Origin: an uncultured candidatus Brocadiaceae bacterium
GTDB taxonomy: Bacteria; Planctomycetota; UBA11346
Assembly (NCBI GenBank): GCA_964652775.1
Contig: CAZZAM010000008.1
Span: 43,317-107,316, forward strand
DNA length: 64,000 nt
Direction of reading: 5' to 3'
The position numbers were made by a program, and so were the translations under genes. Below the pieces are notes generated by a model. That model was not told the DNA's origin, made no database searches, and saw nothing but the letters and a program-made list of their open reading frames with translations. Positions 57,786 to 64,000 of the stretch are shown here, piece after piece (positions within the stretch are counted from its first letter, which is position 1; the number at the start of each line of letters is the position of its first letter).

Positions 57786-59267
57786 ATGCAGTTCTTCCCC
57801 ACGTTGGGCATCACGCTGGCAGGTTTCGCACTGAGTTGCGGGACAATAGCACTCCCCTCCGTGTGCCAGAGCGCGGACAGCAGCGACGCTGTAACCATAT
57901 GTACGGTGGACAACGCCCCCAAAACGCCCGCCGTAACCGAGCTACCGCTCCAGACGACACTGACCCAGTATGGCATTACCTGGACCTTTGCAGCGCCTGT
58001 CCACATCGGCCAATTCGTCAATGGTGACTGGTATATCGTGGGACCGGCCACCGTGGTCGACATAACGCCGAAGCCAGAGAACGGACGCAATGGCTCGTGC
58101 CGCAACATCACCACCATCGAAAAAATCGGTTTTGATAGTCGTATCCCGCACGGACGCTTCGATCCGGCGCTCGTCCTCCAACTGCCGATCGCGCTCAAGC
58201 CGGGGGATTCCCTGGCCAGCTCGATCAGCGTGGGAAAGGTCGGCGACGGAAGCAAAATGCTCTGGAAACAAGGCGAGATCGTCAGTCCGGTAAAAACCGT
58301 AGCTGTACTCACCTGCCTGACTTCGCCGGTTCCCAAGGACGCCTTTCGGCCAGCGTATTGCGGTAAGGAACACCGCATATTCCTTGCCCGAAACCTCAAG
58401 CGCGAGCTGCTGCCTCGGATCGCACGCACTCCTGGCACGCCGAAACTGGCTGAATACGAACGCATTTTTCAGCGTCCCTGGATTGATGTGGCCATGGACG
58501 AGTTCTGCGCCCCCCTTGAAAACATGCCGGCTTACGGTCGCGAATTCTGCCGCGCGGTGGGCTCAGCCAGCCTGCTCCTCTGCCTGGACTTCACACCGCA
58601 AGAGAAGGAGCACCTGCTGATCAACTTCGTCCAAGTGGGCATCGACCTCTGGGGCTTGGCAGGACAAGGCGCGCAGCCATCGACCTGGAGCGCCATCGGT
58701 GGTCACGCCAACGGCCGCAAGTGGCCGATCCTGTTTGCCGGACTGATGCTTGGCGACGCCGATATGCAACAGCCAACGAAAAAATTTCCCTACCTGCGCT
58801 TTAGCGAAGACACCCAAACCATGTTCGGCCCAAGTTGGACCGGAGCCAACGTGGTCTATGCTGGACACGTGGGCAAAGAGGGACACCCCAAGCACACAGG
58901 ATGGGGAGCCTACGAACACCTGTCGCCCGAGCAGTGGGAGGGTGACATTGGCGAGAATTACCGCCGTTGCTGCACTAGTAGTCCGTGGGTGGCCCAGGCA
59001 CTGGCCGTGCGCATCCTGCACGCAGAAAAACTCTGGAACCACGATGCCTTCCTGGCCTACGTTGATCGCTGGATGACCGAAGACGACAGCGCAATGAATG
59101 CCGCCATCAAGAAGGCCAAGGGCTGGGACTACAACAAAGAATGGTCACGCCAGGGCGCGGTGTGGGATCCGTTTGTCAAAGAATTGTGGCTCGCTAACCG
59201 CAATAATTTGCCGTCTGCACCGGATGGGCATAAAGACCCCAAAGCCGAGGAGACGTGGAAAAAGTAA
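57786..59267 (+). CDS. hypothetical secreted protein (unknown family)
   Basis: 493 aa with a signal-like N-terminus (MQFFPTLGITLAGFALSCGTIALPSV). It is Trp/Gly-rich and I recognise no domain. It is the first gene of the block bounded by the DUF1015 duplication. Confidence 0.55.
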   Translation: MQFFPTLGITLAGFALSCGTIALPSVCQSADSSDAVTICTVDNAPKTPAVTELPLQTTLTQYGITWTFAAPVHIGQFVNGDWYIVGPATVVDITPKPENGRNGSCRNITTIEKIGFDSRIPHGRFDPALVLQLPIALKPGDSLASSISVGKVGDGSKMLWKQGEIVSPVKTVAVLTCLTSPVPKDAFRPAYCGKEHRIFLARNLKRELLPRIARTPGTPKLAEYERIFQRPWIDVAMDEFCAPLENMPAYGREFCRAVGSASLLLCLDFTPQEKEHLLINFVQVGIDLWGLAGQGAQPSTWSAIGGHANGRKWPILFAGLMLGDADMQQPTKKFPYLRFSEDTQTMFGPSWTGANVVYAGHVGKEGHPKHTGWGAYEHLSPEQWEGDIGENYRRCCTSSPWVAQALAVRILHAEKLWNHDAFLAYVDRWMTEDDSAMNAAIKKAKGWDYNKEWSRQGAVWDPFVKELWLANRNNLPSAPDGHKDPKAEETWKK

Positions 59268-59334
59268 CCGCGCGCTTCACCGCAGCCGTGGTTGACGAAT
59301 CCCGGCTCTGACCATCAGTTGCAGGAACCACCGC

Positions 59335-60606
59335 ATGCGAGCATCGAGGATGACCGCCATGAATCCCACCGCACCAGTCATCGCACTCAACGGCGGGAAA
59401 CCCGCCAAGACTACGCCGTACGGCACCGGCTCGCGCTTTAACAGCGAGGAAGAAGAAGCCGCGGTGGCCGCGATCCGCAGCCAGAAACTCTGGTATAAAC
59501 AGGGCGGCACGCGTGTGCTCGCCACTGAAAAGACGATCTGCGAACTGTGGAACACGAAGCATGCGATTCTTTGTTCATCTGGCTGCGCCGCGGTACACAC
59601 GGCACTGGTCATGTGTGGTGTTGGTCCTGGCGATGAGGTGATTGTGAATCCGGTTTCTGACTGGGGCTCGCTAATGGGCATTCTCGCCTTGGGCGCCACG
59701 CCCGTGTTCTGCGACATCGATGCTGACACCTATAGCCTCGATCCGCAGTGCGTTGAGCGCGCGATCACAGCGCGAACCCGCGCCATCGAACTGGTCCACC
59801 TCTCCGGCTATCCAGCCCATGTGCAGCAGATTGTCGCCATGGCGCACGCACGAGGCATCAAAGTCATTGAAGACTGTGCGCAGTCGCCGCTGGCCTCAGT
59901 TGGTGGGCGCGTGCTCGGAACCTTCGCCGATGTCGGGGCGTTTTCGACCAACGACTCCAAACACGTGTCATGTGGCGAGGGCGGATTCGTCATTACGAGC
60001 GATGACATCATGGCGAGCATCGCACGCCTATTTATTGACAAGGCCTACAGTCGAGATGCCCAGCGCGGTCGCACCGACGTCGCGTTTCTTGGCTTCAACT
60101 ACCGCTTGTCTGAACTCAGCGCTGCTGTGCTTGATGTGCAGCTACGGAAACTTCCTAAACAACTCAAACAACGACGGGTCTATGCGGAACGCTTGCTCGC
60201 GGGTCTCGCTGGCGTCGCTGGTTACACCGCATTGCAGACGTCACCAGAAACACAGGGCGGTTACTGGACCGTTCTCGGTCACCTCGACCTGAGCCAGTTC
60301 CGCGTCTCGCGCGATGACATCGTGAAGGCCTTACACGCCGAAGGTATTCCGGTCTGGGCTGCGCTTGCGCCAGCGCGAACGCTCTACGGCATTAGCGTGG
60401 TGCAAAGCGGCATCTTCTCGCCGTACCAACGCGGTGGACGAGCCAGTTCATTGCCCGACAAGGCCTGGCGACCCGAAGATTTTCCAGTTGCCGAGCGGAT
60501 TGTCGATTCCGTCCTACCCTTGCACTGCAGTCCGTTTTTTAGCGCACGTGATGCGGACGAGACCGCCAGCGGCGTGCGCAAGGTTCTGCAGCATTACCAC
60601 GCGTGA
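59335..60606 (+). CDS. DegT/DnrJ/EryC1/StrS family aminotransferase
   Basis: Family-typical blocks: ...HAILCSSGCAAVHTALVMCGVGPGDEVIV, ...EDCAQS... and FSTNDSKHVSCGEGG (PLP Lys). The start is among the Mets at 59335, 59350 and 59359. Confidence 0.8.
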   Translation: MRASRMTAMNPTAPVIALNGGKPAKTTPYGTGSRFNSEEEEAAVAAIRSQKLWYKQGGTRVLATEKTICELWNTKHAILCSSGCAAVHTALVMCGVGPGDEVIVNPVSDWGSLMGILALGATPVFCDIDADTYSLDPQCVERAITARTRAIELVHLSGYPAHVQQIVAMAHARGIKVIEDCAQSPLASVGGRVLGTFADVGAFSTNDSKHVSCGEGGFVITSDDIMASIARLFIDKAYSRDAQRGRTDVAFLGFNYRLSELSAAVLDVQLRKLPKQLKQRRVYAERLLAGLAGVAGYTALQTSPETQGGYWTVLGHLDLSQFRVSRDDIVKALHAEGIPVWAALAPARTLYGISVVQSGIFSPYQRGGRASSLPDKAWRPEDFPVAERIVDSVLPLHCSPFFSARDADETASGVRKVLQHYHA

Positions 60607-60620
60607 TCCACCTGCGTTTT

Positions 60621-60657
60621 TTCGAAATCATCTCCATCTGCGCAATCTGTGGATAAC
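60621..60657. repeat. solo right arm of family B at the edge of the inserted block
   Basis: TTCGAAATCATCTCCATCTGCGCAATCTGTGGATAAC. No matching left arm lies upstream, because the DegT coding sequence ends at 60606. Confidence 0.75.
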
Positions 60658-60672
60658 CCTGCGAATGTATGC

Positions 60673-61845
60673 TCAGCGTCCAGCAGCCCGTGCGCTGTGC
60701 CGATAGAGCACCAACCCTGACAGAATTTTCGGCGCGAAAAACGTGCTCTTCTCCGGCATGACGATGTCGGGATTGCTGCGGCCAGCGTCGGCGACGGCCA
60801 TCAATTCGGCGATCGACACCGGATGCAGGGCGATGGCGAGGTCGTATTTCCCGGCATCGACCGCTTCTTTCATCTTCGCCAGCTCCCACTCGGCGTAGTA
60901 GTCGAAGTGCTTGGGATCCTTGATCATCGCGTGGGTGAGACCCAGAACCGGATACAGTTCGCGTTCCAGAATCGCGCAGTCGAGGCTGCCGCGCGGATCA
61001 GTGGGAACAGTCTTGGCCTTCAGCGCAAAGCAGCCGCTCTTGTGGTAGATGCGGAACTCGCGGTGCGGCGGTGTGTCCCAGGTCGCGGGCGTGAGTTGCA
61101 ACTGTGCTTTGATTTCAGTGAATAATTTCACGCCGGTGACAAGGCGGTTGTAGGCCTGGATCGCAGCGCGTTCGACGACGTAGGCCAAGCAATGGCTCTG
61201 CCCGCCAAGCAAGGCTGCGTGATAGCGATGATGGCCATCAGCGATGTAGAGGGGGTTCTGTCCGACCAAACGCTGCAACTGCTGGCCGTCAGGCGAACTC
61301 TCGGGGACCAGGAAGATGCGACTCGCGATGCCGTCAAGATCGTTGAGACCTTTGAAGTCGCTGATGAAATCGTAGTCGGGCTTGTGCGACGAGGCGATCT
61401 TGTGAAGCACCGGCGTGATCGGCGAGCGGGTGAGCAGGAACACCGGCTCCAAGGTGACGCCGGTCTGCTTAGTCAGCTTCAAGCGGCCCTGCACTTTTTC
61501 GTCGAAGACCTTTTCGTGACGAATGACTTGGCCGGCGGGATAGTCGGACACTTCGACCGCAGCGAAAACGCCAATGCGCGACTGCGCTCCTTTGGCTGAC
61601 TGCCAACGCTGCTCATAGACGATAAAATGCGGTTTATCGAGCGGTTTGAACGAGCCGTTGGTCAATCGCTTGAGTGACCCAAGCGGATCGGGGCCAAGCG
61701 TCACGTGCCAGAGATTGTCCGGCTCGGACTTGAGCAACGCCTCCAGCGGCGAACCCTCGCGAATGACGTCGTACGGTGGCGCAGTGACGCGAACGACGGC
61801 CGCTGAGGAGGGAATATGGCCCGTAAGGCCGGCGATCTGGGTCAT
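60673..61845 (-). CDS. DUF1015 domain-containing protein
   Basis: 390 aa. ...VTAPPYDVI..., IADGHHRYHAAL and C-terminal MPEKSTFFAPKILSGLV are typical DUF1015 blocks. Confidence 0.8.
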   Translation of the reverse strand: MTQIAGLTGHIPSSAAVVRVTAPPYDVIREGSPLEALLKSEPDNLWHVTLGPDPLGSLKRLTNGSFKPLDKPHFIVYEQRWQSAKGAQSRIGVFAAVEVSDYPAGQVIRHEKVFDEKVQGRLKLTKQTGVTLEPVFLLTRSPITPVLHKIASSHKPDYDFISDFKGLNDLDGIASRIFLVPESSPDGQQLQRLVGQNPLYIADGHHRYHAALLGGQSHCLAYVVERAAIQAYNRLVTGVKLFTEIKAQLQLTPATWDTPPHREFRIYHKSGCFALKAKTVPTDPRGSLDCAILERELYPVLGLTHAMIKDPKHFDYYAEWELAKMKEAVDAGKYDLAIALHPVSIAELMAVADAGRSNPDIVMPEKSTFFAPKILSGLVLYRHSARAAGR

Positions 61846-61863
61846 GGGAACCTCGATGTATTA

Positions 61864-61987
61864 TCACATGGAGAAACGGAGGAACGGAGATCGCAATGGC
61901 ATCGGGATTCGCTCGCCACCTCAATGAATGAACAAAGATTGTGTTCACAGGCCATCTGCTGCTCCGGTTCTCCGTTTCTCCATGTGA
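61864..61987. repeat. hairpin (family E)
   Basis: Left arm TCACATGGAGAAACGGAGGAACGGAGATC (61864-61892) pairs with right arm GCTCCGGTTCTCCGTTTCTCCATGTGA (61961-61987). It lies between accD and the DUF1015 gene. Confidence 0.8.
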
Positions 61988-62007
61988 ATCATTGCGGATG
62001 AGGACGG

Positions 62008-62856
62008 TCAGACGACGGCTGGAGCCTGCAAATAGACGAGTAGACGCGCCAGCTCGGCCTTCAGATCCTGTCGTGAGACGATCAGATCAACCTGGCCATG
62101 CTTGAGTAGGAACTCCGAAGTCTGGAATCCGTCGGGCAATTCCTGTTTGATCGTTTCCTGAATCACGCGTGCGCCGGTAAAACCGATCATCGCTTTCGGC
62201 TCCGCGATAATCACGTCACCAAGCGATGCGTAGCTGGCCATGACGCCGGCCATGGTCGGATTGGTCAGCACGCTGATGAAGGGAACCCTCGCTTCGCGCA
62301 GACGCGCCAAGGCAGCCGAGGTCTTGGCCATCTGCATGAGCGACAGCACGCCTTCCTGCATGCGCGCGCCGCCGGAGGCCGAGATCACGATCGCCGGAAT
62401 GCGCCGCTTGAGACATTGCTCGAACTGGCGGGTCAGCTTTTCACCAACCACCGATCCCATCGATCCGCCATTGAACGAGAAGTCACTGACGCCCAGGCCG
62501 ACCATCTGGCCAGACAGTTTGCCGCAGCCAGTCAGGATCGCATCCTTGAGCCCTGTTTTGCTCTGCTGCTGGGCGATGCGCTCGGGGTAGGTTTTCCCAT
62601 CGACGAACTTGAGCGGGTCGCCCGAGGTCATGTTGACGTCCCATTCCTCCCAGGTGTCCTCATCGATGAGCGAGGCGACGCGGCGACGCGACAGCATCTT
62701 GAAGTGATGGTTGCACTCCGGGCAAGTGTCCAGGCGCTCTTCGACCAGGCGCTTGAACACCGTCTTCAGACAACCGGGGCATTTCTCCCACAGACCATCG
62801 GGAATCTTCTTGGGGTCACGGCCGGTGGCACCGCGGCGCAGGCGATCGAGGACCAT
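62008..62856 (-). CDS. accD: acetyl-CoA carboxylase carboxyltransferase subunit beta
   Basis: N-terminal zinc ribbon (CPGC...CPEC) and a carboxyltransferase domain (GGSMGSVVGEK, SGGARMQEG). Confidence 0.9.
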   Translation of the reverse strand: MVLDRLRRGATGRDPKKIPDGLWEKCPGCLKTVFKRLVEERLDTCPECNHHFKMLSRRRVASLIDEDTWEEWDVNMTSGDPLKFVDGKTYPERIAQQQSKTGLKDAILTGCGKLSGQMVGLGVSDFSFNGGSMGSVVGEKLTRQFEQCLKRRIPAIVISASGGARMQEGVLSLMQMAKTSAALARLREARVPFISVLTNPTMAGVMASYASLGDVIIAEPKAMIGFTGARVIQETIKQELPDGFQTSEFLLKHGQVDLIVSRQDLKAELARLLVYLQAPAVV

Positions 62857-62972
62857 CGAGGAACGGCTCCTGGGGAAGCCGGGATCCTATGACCGATGAT
62901 GGGCCGGAAAGGGGGAGAATCGCCTGGGAGCGCCGCACCGGTGCGGCTAACATTAGGTTAGAAATAGGGCTT

Positions 62973-63077
62973 GAATGGCGAATGCTCGAATGGCGAATGC
63001 TCGAATGGACACTGAAAAGGCCAAATGCGATCAATTTTCGACATTCGAGCATTCAAACATTCGCGCATTCGACATTC
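62973..63077. repeat. octamer-arm hairpin (family A variant, CGAATGCT/CGAATGG words)
   Basis: Left arm GAATGGCGAATGCTCGAATGGCGAATGCTCGAATGG (62973-63008) pairs with right arm CGACATTCGAGCATTCAAACATTCGCGCATTCGACATTC (63039-63077). It lies between divergent accD and the SH3b gene. Confidence 0.8.
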
Positions 63078-63148
63078 TCCTGCGCTCCCAGGTGGCGCAT
63101 TGCACCCCCGTCCACCGCTCCTAACTTGCGCGTTTCCAGGAGCTTCCC

Positions 63149-64000
63149 ATGTCTCGCGCCCTGCTCGCTTCGGCCTTCGCCTTCGTCCTCATCGGCTCGC
63201 CATTAGCCGCCGCCGACGACACACTGGCGCCAGTTACTGCCACGCTCGAGAAAAACACCAACATCCGCTACGGTCCTACGACCAGCGCCAAGCTCGTGGT
63301 CACACTCAAGTCCGGCTCGCAAGTCGAGGTCTTCGGCCCCAGCAAGAGTTCACCCGACTGGTACGTCATCCGCTTTCCCAAAGAAGGAACGGTGTGGATC
63401 GACCGCCGAAGCCTGACCCCGATCGACAACGAGGCGCGCTTCAAGGTCAGTAAAGACAAGACCCGCGCGCGCAGCGACTCGACCCTGTCGGGTGACATCG
63501 TCGCCGAGTTGAGCCTGGGTGAAATCGTCGAGAGCAAGGGTTTGACCACCGGCGACTGGCGCGCGGTCTACATCCCCGACGCCGTCGCTTACGTGGCCAA
63601 GTCGCTGGTGACGATGCCGAAAGATGTCGAGAAACGGATGCAGGAAAATGCCGACAAGGCGGCGGCGGCAGCGCAGGCGTGGCAGAATGCGCTGGCGATC
63701 TACACCACCTATGCTGAGCAAGTCCGCGCCAATCCTAAGGCAGCCGTCGGTCTTGATTGGGCCGGCCTCGCACTGCAACTCGACACCGTCATCGTCGGCC
63801 ACGCCAGCGCCTCGGTGCGCCTCACCGCACAACGCGTGCGCGATTCACTCGCCGCGCTGGTTCCATCAGCCCAAGAAGTCGCCAAAGCGGCCAACATCAC
63901 GCCTCCCGCGTCGCTGCCCGCTGTACCCGAGGTGAAGAAACCCGAACCCGTTGTTGCCACCCCCGACAAGCCCACGACCTCCACTGACCCCAAACCGCTC
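63149..64000 (+). CDS. secreted protein with bacterial SH3-like domains (partial, runs off the window end)
   Basis: This frame is absent from the ORF track because no stop occurs before the window end. ATG at 63149 gives the signal peptide MSRALLASAFAFVLIGSPLAAA. Two SH3b-like segments follow (TNIRYGPTTSAKLVVTLKSGSQVEVFG...DWYVIRF and a second around GEIVESKGLTTGDWRAVYI), then a Pro-rich tail. Confidence 0.6.
   Translation, partial: MSRALLASAFAFVLIGSPLAAADDTLAPVTATLEKNTNIRYGPTTSAKLVVTLKSGSQVEVFGPSKSSPDWYVIRFPKEGTVWIDRRSLTPIDNEARFKVSKDKTRARSDSTLSGDIVAELSLGEIVESKGLTTGDWRAVYIPDAVAYVAKSLVTMPKDVEKRMQENADKAAAAAQAWQNALAIYTTYAEQVRANPKAAVGLDWAGLALQLDTVIVGHASASVRLTAQRVRDSLAALVPSAQEVAKAANITPPASLPAVPEVKKPEPVVATPDKPTTSTDPKPL

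Overview
This is a high-GC (roughly 60% by eye, not computed) chromosomal segment from a Gram-negative-type bacterium, shown by BamA, a LolDE-like ABC pair, PilT and a Mur ligase. The gene set and repeat vocabulary suggest a PVC-type or other high-GC environmental lineage, but that is inference only. About 56 protein-coding genes can be supported, and most are housekeeping: gyrB, ileS (type 2), serS, dnaJ-grpE, ilvB-ilvN, bioA, alaA-like, accD, mutM, clpS, galK, purF-like, rdgB, pilT and a SulP transporter. Regulators include a Ser/Thr kinase, an FHA-GAF-sigma54 activator and an orphan histidine kinase. I found no rRNA, tRNA, CRISPR array, transposase or integrase.

The unusual content is non-genic or structural:
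1. About two dozen intergenic long hairpins share one architecture: arms built from tandem 7-8 nt words around a unique, AT-richer spacer. They use at least seven unrelated word sequences and sit between genes of every relative orientation.
2. A ~3.2-kb two-gene block (secreted protein of unknown family plus a DegT-type aminotransferase) lies between an intact DUF1015 gene and a diverged (~89% identical) duplicate of that gene's last ~73 codons. This resembles integration with a surrogate 3' end.
3. Two AT-rich orphan ORFs 35 kb apart are each followed by the identical 31-nt hairpin repeat.
4. An outer-membrane beta-barrel gene has its signal peptide separated from the barrel by one in-frame TAG.
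5. A tandem heptamer tract sits in frame inside bioA.

Many long ORFs in the six-frame track are antisense or off-frame shadows of real genes, or N-terminal extensions that read through repeats. I rejected these.
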